Shown: positions 10,946 to 23,180 of the stretch, one piece after another
Position numbering within the stretch: position 1 is the stretch's first letter
Layout: each line of letters starts with the position of its first letter
Origin: Azolla caroliniana
Taxonomy: Eukaryota; Plantae; Polypodiophyta
NCBI GenBank assembly: GCA_043228905.1
Contig: JBHGNT010000010.1
Location: 9,238,001 to 9,302,000, forward strand
Reading direction: 5' to 3'
DNA: 64,000 nt
Notes under the pieces: generated by a model
What the model was told of the DNA's origin: nothing
What the model saw: the letters and a program-made list of their open reading frames with translations, nothing else
The model's database searches: none
Translations under genes and position numbers: made by a program

Positions 10946-12090
10946 TCTTCATCTAATTGACTAAGGATTTCAAATTTATTTGAGATACTTGGGCTATTAG
11001 TACTATGAATACTATCTGACACTCTATTAGTACTATTACTACTATCAGACACTCCGAAGGGAAGAATTGACTCAGGTTTAGTACAGGCGACAATTTGATT
11101 TACCTGTCTTCTTGGCCTATGGGGACAATTGATGGCGATATGTCCTGGTCCACCGCAATAAAGGCATAATCGATTGGCACGTCATCGTTGCTTTTCTTCT
11201 TCCGATAACGGGCCGCGTCGACGCATGGTATCGATCTCCATCGGTGTCGAAGTATTTGCTTGAGGTATGTCTCGTGCAAACGGTTTAGCCGCGACTGCGG
11301 CGTAAGTGGGCTCTGGCCTAGAGCGTGGTATCTGTAATTGACGTTCTGAACGCCGTTCAAAAAGGCGGTTGTCACATCGAACTGCTCGACTGATTGCCTC
11401 CATAAGAGACTTTGGTTCTTCGGGGAAAGTTAGAAGTAGATCTTTGACATCGTTTCGCAAGCCATAGCGAAACTGCTCCATTAGTGCTTGATCATCCCAG
11501 GGTATATCTGAAGCAAGTAGGCGGAAATCCGCCGCGTAGGCAGAGGCTGGACGATCGCCTTGACGCAATCGCCGGATCTTGTTGATCGCCGTCCTGATGC
11601 TGTCGGTGTCTCCAAAGCAGGCTTTAAACTCACCAATAAAATCTTCAAAGTTATTAAGCAAGGGCGATTGTTTTTCTAGAAGCGGAGCGAACCATGCCAA
11701 GGCTGAGCCGCTAAGTAGCGTGCCTATTAGGCCGACTCGAGATGCATCAGTGGGATATCGGGAAGGATGCATCTGGATGACTAAGCGTACCTGATTAAGG
11801 AATCCCCGAAATTGCGAACGCGTTCCATCAAATTTCACAGGAAGTCCAATCTTGGGCTCTTTATGAAATCCTTGGGGACTGGATCCTTGTTGTTGCAACG
11901 CTGCTTCGAGTTGTTGTACCCGTAACGCTAACTCCCCATGTTGTTGTTGCGTTTGTTGTTTTTCTAGAGCGATTTGTTGCAGATCCCCTATCAGCCGTTG
12001 GTTTTCTTGTTCCAAGGCAACAAACTTTTCTTTTAGGCACTGTAGCTCGGAGAAAACGGATTGGTATTCTTGGGCGCTAACAGTAGCCAT
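10933..12090 (-). CDS. gag: Element C Gag (PEG10/sushi-like capsid plus CCHC knuckle) with one internal TGA at 11182-11184
   Basis: Coiled-coil N-terminus, EPKIGLPVKFDGTRSQFRGF, LRQG...YAADF...FRYGL; beyond the TGA the same frame continues RANRLCLYCGGPGHIAINC...LDEELND*. Confidence 0.9.
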
Positions 12091-12160
12091 AGTATAGGGG
12101 AAAGGGTAGGAGGATGAGGGAGAGTGACAAGTAGGCTAGAGGAGGAAAATTGGTTCAAAC

Positions 12161-12589
12161 TGTCAGGAATAGTACTAAAACAGAGATGGAATTAGTACTA
12201 AGAAGAGTAGTACTATTAGTACTAAGAGGACGGGACTGCGTAAGATTCCCGAGAGAGAGGAAGTGAGAAGAGGAGAGAGAGAGGGAAATAGGATGATGAC
12301 AGCAGCTCTTATATTATATGAAAGATAAGTACAAATCGACTAAGAGGCTTAAGACTGGTGTTGAACCAATTTGGTTCAACATAATGCTTAGTGCCTTCTT
12401 TTATAGTGTTCTCAGGAATAATCCTGAAGCTTCTAGAATGTTCCAGAGAAATCTGGAATATACATTACTTTCTTATAATAAAACATAAATGAAAATAATA
12501 TTCTATGAATTACAATAGATGGTGAGATGGTTAAGAGCTCGACCCATATACCATAAGGTCATGGGTTCGAGTCTTGCCATCTCATGACA
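12161..12589 (-). repeat. 5' LTR of element C
   Basis: TGTCA...TGACA; repeat of 6924-7352. Confidence 0.97.
12425..12444. promoter_or_regulatory. Heat-shock element in U3 of element C (copy at 7188-7207)
   Basis: tGAAgcTTCtaGAAtgTTCc = four contiguous alternating nGAAn units, 20-40 bp upstream of minus-strand TATAAAA (12399-12405). Confidence 0.7.
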
Positions 12590-13800
12590 CCTTCAGTCTT
12601 TTAATTGTTTTTGAGTGTTCTTCTGTCCACTCAAATGCTTCCCCTTTTCTTAATAGCCGATACAATGGATCTGATATGTGCGCATAATGTGGAATCCACC
12701 TACAATAGAAGACATATGCACCCAAGAACCTTTGAACTTCAGATATAGAGTTGCATTCTTCTTTCATATTCTGTATTGCGTTGATCTTTGTTGGTGCTGG
12801 CTTTCTTCTGTATGGCCCACACATATGTCCTACCACTAATAATTCTTGAACCCCGAATATTGATTTTGGAGCCGAAAGTGTTAGGTGTACCTCCTCTAGT
12901 CTTGAAAGCACTTTATCACAATCTTCTATGTGATCCCTGACGAACTTCCGACATCCACTACTATCCAATTCTTCATTCTTCATTCTTTCCTCGCATCCTT
13001 TAATGGGTATATCATCCAAGAAAGGCATGGTTATGTGAGGAATAAAATCTCAGAGAACTTTGTGCATACCATTCATCATGTGAGCGACTGAGTTGGTCGC
13101 ACCTTGAGGTAGGGTACACATTCGAAGTAATCCAATAGGAGTCCTAATGGAGGTGATATCCTGACTACCGACTGCAAGCTGGAACTGGTCATAGCCGGAG
13201 TAGAGATCACCCATAGAGTAGATCGCTCTTCCAGCGAACATCTCTGCAAACTCATCTACTATCGGCCCTACTCTTGAATTCCGGATAGTAACTTGATTCA
13301 TAGGTTGCATGTCTTGAATGAATCGAAGCCGCCCATCCTTCTTTTGCACCGTAAACCATCTACTCGAGTATGGAGCGTTTGATGGTTCCAAGATGCCCAT
13401 GTCCATTTTCTCTTTTAGAAGCTCGATTAATTGCGGTATCCTTGCTCTTGGCACTGGGATTGGCTTCAGATTCCACGGAATGTGTGGGATTGTGAAGATG
13501 ACCATTGGTTCAACTACTTTCGGATTCACACATCCAATTTCTTCAGGGTTGAAGGAGAATGCTTTCCCATGCTGCCCTAGCATTTTTCTGAATTCTGCTT
13601 CTTCTATAGGTGTTAGGAAGTCCTCCCCTCCAATTCTTAGTTCTTTAATTGTTTCTTCCGTGAACTTGTGCCCAATTCTCTTTGGATCTCGAAGAATTGG
13701 CTCGGTCGACACCTCCTTCATTATCTTTTCACTGTCTTCTGGAAGTGGTGTTGCTGCTGGCCGAACCTTCTTCTCCACCGTTTTGTACTTGGTGTTTATT
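12590..13800 (-). pseudogene. Element B reverse transcriptase (interrupted by element C)
   Basis: YSSRWFTVQKKDGRLRFIQD, DLYSGYDQ, LPQGATNS, PFLDDIPIKG, VQRFLG; in-frame stop at 13050. Confidence 0.92.
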
Positions 13801-14143
13801 CAAGCTTCTTCATTTTGAACATACTCCTTGATGGTTTTGAATAGCTTGATGGAATTTACCACAACTTCAACTTCATCATCTTCCGTCATTAGAGACTCCA
13901 ACTCTCCTACTGTATCTTTAAAACAATATTCTTCAAATATATTCACTAATTTTTCTTCTAAATCTATCATACCTCCACCTTGTAATTCTTTTTCTATTTT
14001 TTGGAATTTCTTTCCTTTGAAATCTTCTATTACAGTTGCGCCATCTACCGACTCAACATATAATTTACCATTATCTTCAATGCTATGAATAGGGCTTCTT
14101 ACCTCCCTCGGGTCATCACAACCCCTTTTTGTAAGGGCCCGCT

Positions 14144-16417
14144 CTAGAAATCATGTACGAAATCCCCCACATCTCGTAGTGGATGATCTTGTAGATTCTC
14201 ATTATTCCTCTCATGATTTGGTCGAACAGTAAGGAACTGTACCGACCTCTTCCCATCCTGGCTTCGAATCTTAGCAAACGCCACTCCATTATCAATCACT
14301 TTAGTCTCCATCCGCACTGCTGTGATGTACGGTTGCCCTAGGATTACTGGATAAAAGGACTTCTCCTGGACGAAGAAGTTTTGATCTACTGACATGTCCC
14401 CAATTGTAACTTTAATATTTGGGCATGCGCCACATAAATCCTCCACGACCTCAGTCGCTGCTCTCACCTTCCAACCGTGGTTCCTTTCTATTGGCCATCT
14501 CCCGCAATTGTAAAAATCAGACGATATGATATTTATCTTGGAGCAATGGTCGATGAGTGCGACACATGGTTCCATCTGATCTCCAATTCTGACTGGAGCC
14601 TCAGTTGTCGCCTGAGCCCAATGTGTGCGGGTGTAATGGCTTTGTTCCTTCATGACTACATTGTGTGTCAGCACTCCGTACCCCGGCTAACAATGCAGTC
14701 TCCATATCTTCATCTTCCTCCTGTATCATGACGGTATTTACTCCACCTGTTTCTTCAACCACTTGTCTTTTCCTCCGAATCACATCAATGATCACTTCAT
14801 GAAATTCCTTCTTCGCGATCCCTAGTACTTCTCGGAGTGTTAACTCAACTTTACTATCGAGAATCCTTGATTCTAGCACATGCTTTAGGCCGGTGGATGT
14901 TTCGATGTCGGAGGCGAGTTTGAATGATGGGGCTATCTTTTGCTTACCTTTGTCTTCTTTCATCGTCTCTTTTGTTCTCGGGTCTCGGGTTTTCTAGAAG
15001 GTCCTGCTTCTTCAGTTCTCCTTCGTTTTTCTTCGACTGTCACCTCGTGGGCATTCACCCCTGCTATCTTGGCGATCGCAGTGAGTGAATCTACTGGGTC
15101 ATTCCACCCAGTACTACTCCTTATCTCGTCACCAACCTTTCGTAAGTCTTGTGGCTGGACTCTTTTGTCAGTAGCAGACTTTATCACTTTTCCCCAGAAT
15201 CCTGATTCAATCTGGGGATCATCGACCTTCAATCCGGAAGTAGTGGAAAAGTACATTGCCTGAACATTCTTCGACTCTTCATCCTCCATCACTTTCTTCA
15301 TTCCACCTTTGCCGAAGTTGGTTTTTAGGGGTTGTCGGGTCTCCGAGGAGTGGATTCTCCCATTTTGATAGAAGATAATGTTTCTTTCTAACGCTTCCTT
15401 ATGGCTCTGACAATCCCTTTTTTGGTGCTCCGTGCTATCCCACCATATGCATCGGCAGATGAATTCACCCTTTTCTCCTTCACTGGGCTTTTGCCGAACA
15501 CCTGAGCTTTCCCCCTTCTCAAGCTTTGTGAACTTGAGTTGTAGATCCCGCATTCCCTTTATCAGACCATCAATCGTGGACTCTGGCTCCTTTCCTTTGC
15601 CAACATCCATTCGGGTTCCTGATTCTTGTTTTGGATGTTCTCTGGCTGTTGTCTTCATTCTATTGTCGTAGCCATCCTCCATCCTTAGCGCCCTCCTTCT
15701 TAGTACTCGACAAGCCTCGAGTATTTCCGCCCAATCGGACACCAAACTGGTTGTGCTTGGTCGGTCTTCAAGAAGGATGGTCATATCTTTTCTAAAAGAT
15801 TTATTTGTCGCTCGGACGAATAAATCCACCTTCTCCGATTGTAGTAGTTCTCGATCTCTTACCGATAGCTCATTATATCTTTTCTCAAACTCTCTCAGCA
15901 ATTCTGAAACTGAGAGTCCTTTACCCCCTTTCTCGGTCCATTCGAGAAAGCTCTTCTTTGACATTCGGGTCCGGTCGTCTAGCATGTATTCATCAAGCAA
16001 TGCTTGACGGAACCCGGCCCAATCTTCACGAAATCTCTCCGATAATTCCGTTACCCTTGCTCGGACATCAAGTGTGCATACCCGATTGATGCACGAGACC
16101 ATTAGTTCTCCGGTTGCCCCTCTACTGGCCATCTCGTATTCGTAGACCTCAAGGAACCGAGTGAGGTCCTCGCCATTAAATTTGCTTATCCTCTCGATGA
16201 CCGTTTGTACGGCGAGCGTTAACTCACTTTCCATTCGGTTCATTGCACTTTGCTCTTGAAGCATCCGATTCATCATCGTCATCATGAAACTTGCCATGTC
16301 TTCATTGAAGCCCTTATTTGCCATCTCTATGTTGGCACCTTTATCCGCTCTTTTCTTTGATTTTCCGACCTTCTCTTTGTAAAACTTTAACTCCGAAACT
16401 CCCCTTGTCAACGACAC
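14144..16417 (-). pseudogene. Element B gag and aspartic protease (frameshifted)
   Basis: ORFs 14960-16417 (FNGEDLTRFL; degenerate knuckle CIWWDSTEHQKRDC), 14601-14963 and 14144-14674 (ALIDHCSKINII...VILGQPY). Confidence 0.85.
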
Positions 16418-16435
16418 TTCACGTCAGGTTCACCA
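16418..16435 (-). other. Primer-binding site of element B complementary to the tRNA-Trp 3' end
   Basis: Minus strand TGGTGAACCTGACGTGAA versus the complement of the plant tRNA-Trp 3' end recalled as TGGTGAACCCGACGTGAA (1 mismatch). Confidence 0.8.
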
Positions 16436-16441
16436 AATTTG

Positions 16442-17394
16442 TGTCGCGAAGATTGTGGTTGTGTGTCGCAACCGCCGGGGTTCTGTGATTCGGGGATGAT
16501 CGGGGTGAAAACTTGTAATCGCAGATGATGCGATGACAAGATGCCGAGAAGGCAAGATAAATGCGACGTCGTCGCGAAAAGAATTTTACTTGTAAAACAA
16601 TCACTTACAATATTTATTTGCCAAAAGTTACTTGGCAAGACTTGAACTCACAAACTCTATTTGAGAAGAAGCATTTGAGATAGACCACTTCAATCTCTTT
16701 GGTTTCTATTTATTTGTCTTTGTCTTTCACTTTATATATACTAAATTTATATTACAAAATTTGATTACCAAAAGAAGTTATTTGAAGAGGATTCAAACTC
16801 ACGACCTTCTATTTAAAAAGAGGCGTTTGAGATACACCACTTTAACTTCTTCCTTTTCTTGTATCCACTTTCTTTTCTTTAACTCTTGTCTTGATTTATG
16901 CAGGCCACCATCTTCTTTGGCGAGCTTTGCATCCCATACCCACGCGAGCTTCTTCACTCACTTTTTCTTCTCTTCCTTCTCCTTCTCCTCCCCTCCTTTA
17001 GCCACCATAGGCGTGGCTTATATAGGGTGGTCAACCACCCTACCGCCCTCTTGAGGCGGTTGACAAACCGCCTCATGGAAGGCAGTTGTATTTTTATTTT
17101 TATTTTATTTTATTTTATTTTCTTTATTTATTGATGCTACAATTCAATTTTATAGTTCTATATTTAAGAAATTATAGAAATAGCCCTTATTTAATTTTGA
17201 CTCCCCCTTTTGACATAATTACATTTTTGTCCCAAGTAACATTAATCCTTCCGAAGCTTGTATCTTGGGCTTCTGAACTCCGATTCACGAACTGAAAATT
17301 CCTTCATGCTCCTTGTCATAAGCTCGAGATGGGAAATGTACTTCTATAGATTTTTGACATTGTTTTCACATCGTGAAGTGTCAACTTCACGACA
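16442..17394 (-). repeat. 5' LTR of element B
   Basis: Direct repeat of 4057-5009; adjacent to PBS. Confidence 0.95.
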
Positions 17395-18697
17395 ATGCAT
17401 GAGATCAGAGACCCGATGTGCACAACAAGACAATTTAGTCGACTTAGACTTTGTCGACCAGACAACAAGTGGATGAAGAGGAATTGACTGCAATTCCAGA
17501 TTTGGAGATTATGATTGATAGTAGCTCGGACGAAGGGTCGTCCGGGTTGCACCTATGACCAATAGATTTCTTGGAGAATTTCGACAATACAATGTTGTTT
17601 CCTTACTCTAAGTATAATGATGAGACCGACGCTGAAGTGCATGTGCGCACTTTCTTGACAACATGGAACGACTTTGTCCGTTCTTGATTTCAAAGATGTA
17701 TGTCTGGAGCTTATCATGGATAAAGCACATAACAATAATTCTTTGTCCATGGCGTCATTGCAAAAGTCACTGTTGACCCTAGAAGAATTGTGATTTCAGC
17801 AAGCAGTTCAATGCACTACTTGTTTGAATACGGGTCATTCTTCAATCGAGTGCACATTAAGAACACACTGCCCGATTTTCCATTTAAAAGAGCACACTAT
17901 TGATCCGTGTGAATACAATTTGCTAAACAAGATTGTGGCTCCTATTCCGCAAATAGAGCCCCAAAAGGAATGTGTTTAGGGGGATGATTTCCAGATTACT
18001 CAACCTTTGGCAGGATTATTAATACTAGTGCCAAGACACACAAGGAGTCGACACCGGTCACAATTAATTTTACTAATCCAATGAATGGACCGACAATTCT
18101 AGATGAACAAAATCCTGCCATCAAGGTGATAATAAAGTCCTTAATAGTATAATTGATGGTGGATCAGGTGTTAATGTGATTAATAAGAAGACTTGTGATC
18201 TTTTAGGAATCACGTAATGGAAGTATGCCCATTTTGGTTAACAATGGCTGATACAAGTTCGGTTCGACCATTGGGGTTAATTCAACAACTAGAAATCTTG
18301 GTCGGAGGCCCTTCATTTCAAATTTCGATGGTCGTCTTAACCTTAAAGACGCACCTGGAGACTACCCTTTATTACTTGGTTGACCATGGCTTCGTATGGC
18401 TAATATCAAGCAGAATTGGAAGAAAAATTTGATCACATTTCGAAAGGGAAAAAAAAGGTATGACTGTCAACATAGGTAAAGGTATTAACTAAAAAAGAGT
18501 TGGTACCGCCGTATGTTGAATTGATCAATATGATGGAAGGGCTTGGTGATAATGAAATCGATTAGTATTTGGAGGAGAATCCCAAGATCATACCATTGTT
18601 CTAAATAGATGTGGTCGAAATAATTGGCCCTTATGTCCACAATGAGGAACCTGGGTCGGACAACCAAATTTCTCAATTAGATGTTGAATCATTAGCT

Positions 18698-21269
18698 TGT
18701 TGAGCGAGCAAGCTCAACATGGGGCGGACCGGCTGGACAAGCCGGTAGGGTCAGACTACAGATGTTTCGGTTGGTTAGGCCCAATTTCTGGACCGGATGT
18801 TGAATCAACTAAACAAGCCGAATACCGAATCTGGATGGTGGGCCCGATAACCGATCTGGATGATGGATCCAAACCAAATGATGGAGTGGCTGAGGAAGCC
18901 GTCCAGAATGGGCAATGCTGGAAGAGAAGAGCATGCCCAAAGTTTACTGGGTGGAAGTCTTTCGGATGGCTATGTACATACAGAATCGGATTTCCGCATA
19001 CGGAGGAAAGGTGTCAGCACATGAGTTGTATTTCCAGTGCAAGCCGAATTTGAAGCACTTACGGGTATTCGACAGCATTGCTTATGTGCATGTGCCAGAT
19101 GAGAAGCGGACGAAGCTAGACGCCAAGTCGGAGAAGTGTATCTTGGTCGGCTACTCTCATGAACAGAAGCGGTACAAATGCTACAAACCCCAAATAAAGC
19201 AAATTCGAGTAAGCCATGACATCATCTTTGATGAATCAGTGTCTTGGTATTCCCTTCCGTCTCCGACCCTCGAAGACTCCCAACCGATTGTTGGAGGTGA
19301 GACCAGTGAGGCCAACTCTCTAAATGAGGGAGACATAAGAACTCTAGAAGAGAGCCCGATCTCATTCCGACTAAGTGGATCGAATGAGAAACTGAGTTGG
19401 AACGACCTGTCGGATGATGAGCCGGCAAGTAGTGGAGACTCGGTCGTGCAGTCCCCGCGGTAGAAACCGAGGAGACGGTTTACGTGCAAAGAGAAGGGGA
19501 AAATGAAGATGCCGAAGTACGGCATAGAGGCCGGTGCATTGGATTGGAGTTAATCTGACATGTCCAGGAGCATCAAAGAACCTCCGGAGTTGAGGTCTAA
19601 TGCGGCCAAGAGGGCCACAAAATCGGCAAATCAGAAGTTGCGCCGATCCACCTGCGAGAAGAACCCCATCATCCGGTATAGATAGGACTACATGGCGCAT
19701 CACTATGCAAATATGGTAAAGGTGGCGAAAGTGCGTGAGCTGGAGAGCTACATAGAGGCATCGAAGGATGCGAATTGGCGTGCCACTATGGAGGAAGAGA
19801 TGTGCGCATTGGCAGAAAACGAGACATGGGACCTAGTTGATGTCCCCAAGGGTGTAAAGCCGATCAAATGCAGATGGGTGTACAAGGTCAAGTACAACGC
19901 CGACGACTTTGTCAATTGGTACAAGGCTAGATTGGTGGCAAAGGGCTATGTGCAGAAACATGACATTGATTACGATGAGATGTTTGCGTCAGTCACGAAG
20001 ATAACGATAGTCCGTGTCTTGCTAGTGGTAGCCATGACGAAGGGATGGCACTTGCGTCAAATGGACATAAAGAATGTGTTCCTACAAGGAGAGCTTCACG
20101 AACAAGTATACATGGTGCAGATTGAACACGTCGGTTGTTTACCGACTGAAGAAGTCCCTCTATGGAGTTAAGCAAGGCTTGCGTGCCTGGAACTGCAAAG
20201 ATCACGCAAAGGCTACGTAGGATGGGGTTTGCTCTATCGAAATCAGACTCTTCACTATTTATCTGGACGGGTCGGGATGGGCTAGTAAGCAGTTTGCTTT
20301 ATGTTGATGATCTAGTCATCCCCGGCGCCAACCTAGATGAAATCGGTCGTGTGAAGTCCCAACTTGTGGCATCATTCGACATGAAGGATCTGGCAAACCT
20401 TCATTACTTCCTCAGGATTGAAGTGATATGCAGCCCTAAAGGCATACTGATAAGCCAAAGGCATTATGTGCCAAGTATGAACTTCAAGTTCGGAATGGAG
20501 GACTGCAAATCCGTCACGACTCCTCTCAATACAAATGTGAAGCTTCACCAAGGATCGGGAACGACATGTGATCCGACACGGTTCAGATAGATTGTCAGAA
20601 GTCTTATCTACCTGAACATCACTCATACGGACCTCAACTATCTGGTCTGACTCATTAGTCAGTTTATGTCGTAGCCGATGGTCAAGCACCTTCAGTGCGC
20701 ATAAAGGATCATGACATATGTCAACGGCACTAAGGATAGGGCGTTGATGTATCTGATTGGTGTTGCCAAACAGTATGCCGATTGGGCTGGAAATGTTGGC
20801 AACCGTCGATCGACTTTCGGATATACGTTTTCCCTGGGAAGTGCAGCGATCGCAGTAGCACTGTCGAGTACTAAGGCCGAATACCGAGGAGGGGTTGTCG
20901 CTACATACGAAGACATATGGCTCAAGAGGCTCTTGAAGGATCTGTATGTGGAGGTGTTCGAGCCAACAATCATATATTGTGACAACCTCAGCAACATCCA
21001 ACTTGCGAAGAACCCCGTCTTTCACACTCAGACAAAGCACATTGAGGTGCACTATCATTTTGTTTGCGAGCGAGTTCCCTCCAGTGAAGTCGAACTTGTG
21101 TATGTTCTGACAGATCGGTAGGTTGTCGATATCTTCATCAAACCTCTCGGCTTGGACAAGTTGCGACATTTTTCAAGCATGCTTGGCTTGCAACACCTCG
21201 AGATGCTGAACTTGAGGGGGAGAAACGAAAGCAAGAGGGAGAGAGATGAAGTCTGAAGAGCCAAATTCG
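18698..21269 (+). mobile_element. Element D: internally deleted, decayed Ty1/Copia (related to element I)
   Basis: LTR-like start TGTTGAGCGAGCAAGCTCAACA, then a jump near 18910 to late integrase (MLEEKSMPK...KLDAKSEKCILVGY), RT (WVYKVK, YKARLVAKG, LLYVDDLVI) and RH (YCDNLS, TKHIEVHYHF). Confidence 0.88.
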
Positions 21270-23180
21270 TGTTGGGTATTCGGTTCCTCCGAATGGATCC
21301 GGATCGGACGAACCGAAGGAAGGAGCTGGACCGGACGGATCCGGTGTGAATTGGATCTAGGGACATATCTGTAAATATGTTTCTAGTGTGCTTGTCATGG
21401 CCACATTTGTAAATAGTCCTAAATTCATATAAGTATAAATATAACTTAGGCCAATCACTTTATGTGTGTTGATATATTGTTGTACAGAGGTTGCAGAGAG
21501 AGTGAGATATAGAAAGCCTTTTCTGTTGTAACCACCGGTTGGCGAAGGTATAGAGCTCGAGGTCGTTACCTCTGAGTCTCTCCCTGTACCCTTTCTTCTC
21601 ATAGTTATAGTTGAAGTGTGTGAGCTCCCGTGGTTTTCCCCATTTAGGGTTTTCCACGTAAACATCTTGCATCCTCTCTGTTGTATGTGTAAGTGTATTA
21701 ATCTCCATTTCTGTTTTGTTCTTCCATTGAGTTTAAGACTCGGTTGTTGCCAAGCGCTATTCCGCACAAACTGGAAGCAGAGCCTTGGTTCTAAATCTTG
21801 AAGAAAATGGAAGAGTCACTCGGAAGCATGTTCAAGCTCATCGGATCCAACTACCCAGAGTGGAAGTCGAAGATGTGGGACATGCTCGTGGTCAAAGATC
21901 TTTGGCTGTTGGTACAGTTAGGGGACAAGAAACTGGACAAGATCGATGCCACGACGTGGGAGGTGATGCATATGAAGACGACGACATACATTAAGTGCTT
22001 CATCGACATGAGCCTGTACAACAACTTCAATGAAGAAAGTAAGGCTCATCTGCTCTGGGAGAAAATCAGCACTATGCGGGAGAGTAAAAACGTCGTAAAT
22101 CTGGTTTTGGTATTCTGGAAGTTAGTGAGACTCCAGTACCAAGACGGATCCAGCATGACGGAACATATGAATGCATTCCAGGGGCTCATAAATCAAACAA
22201 CCTCGTTGGAAGTACCTCTAGCCGATGAGGTACTTGCGTTGCTGGTGCTTGGTTCCCTCCCGGATACTTGGGAGATGCTAATTGTCACTTTGGGCAACAC
22301 CGGGCGGAAGGAAAACAGTTGCCCCTAGCAAGGGTAAAACCAAGTTTGCATGATGAAGAAGCTCGCGGGAAGGACCAGGAGTCCGGAGCCTATCCGAAAG
22401 CCTTGGTCATGGAAGATGACCATAACTAGGGAAGAGGCCGGATTCAGAGTCCCAAAAACCGGGACAAATCGGGGACGAGGTCAAAATCAAGGGGGAGTCC
22501 CACTTGCTTTTATTGCGGGAAGTCGGGGCACTTCCAGAATAACTATCGACACTTCTGGATAGCCAAAGGGGGAGCTGACATTCTGGAACTGAAGAAGATT
22601 TCAAAAAGGAGAGGAATGTCGGCGATCGCGACAAGTTAAGAAGAACTGCTGCTAATCACCAACGAGAGTGAGCTGCATCTTGTTAGCGCCGAGACGACAT
22701 GGGTGGTCAACTCCGGAGCGTGGTTCCATCTGACCCCCAACTGGAAATGCTTCTCATCATATAGAGCCGGAGATCAAGGTTCTGTCCGGATGGGAGATGA
22801 AGGTGCATGACGAATTGTCGGCATAGGAGACATGTGGTTGACGACGTCATTAGGGTGCAAGTTGTTGTTGAAAGATGTCTGACACGTTCCGGAGGTTCAG
22901 TTGAACCTAATATCAGTCAGACAACTAGATGATGAAAGCTACATAGGTAGCATCCGGAACGGAGTCATGAAGTTTTGCAAAGGGAGCCTGATCATGGATC
23001 AAGCCCGGAAGATCAACACCCTTTACTTGATGCATGCTCGGATTTGCCGGGAAGAAATGAACTTGGCATCCGAAAATGTTGATGAGCTATGGAAGGGATG
23101 AGAAGACTTGCCGAAGATAACCTCATTCATGAGGTGAATGACGTGCAACTTCAGAAGTGCACCGATTGTTGGGTCGGCAA
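21270..23180 (+). mobile_element. Element E: 5' half of a decayed Tnt1/Tork-like Copia (related to element F), 3'-truncated
   Basis: LTR 21270-21768 (TGTTGGG...GCACA), degenerate Met PBS TGGAAGCAGAGCC, gag NYPEWKSKM...LLVLGSLPDTWE, protease WVVNSGA, NLISVRQLDDE; ends at DCWVGK. Confidence 0.88.

Larger units (their letters stand above)
6924..12589 (-). mobile_element. Element C: very young chromovirus-type Ty3/Gypsy (Tcn1/Tf1-sushi-like) nested in element B
   Basis: 429-bp LTRs 6924-7352 and 12161-12589 (one A/G difference seen); perfect TSD CCTTC (6919-6923, 12590-12594); PPT AAGGGGGAGATAG next to the 3' LTR; intact pol. Confidence 0.97.
4057..17394 (-). mobile_element. Element B: full-length decayed non-chromo Ty3/Gypsy, tRNA-Trp primed, 4-bp TSD
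   Basis: 953-bp LTRs 4057-5009 and 16442-17394 (TGTCG...CGACA; about 25 substitutions by eye); TSD ACGC/ATGC; PBS TGGTGAACCTGACGTGAA; PPT GAGGGGGTGGG at 5010-5020 (-); gag-PR-RT-RH-IN order. Confidence 0.93.
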
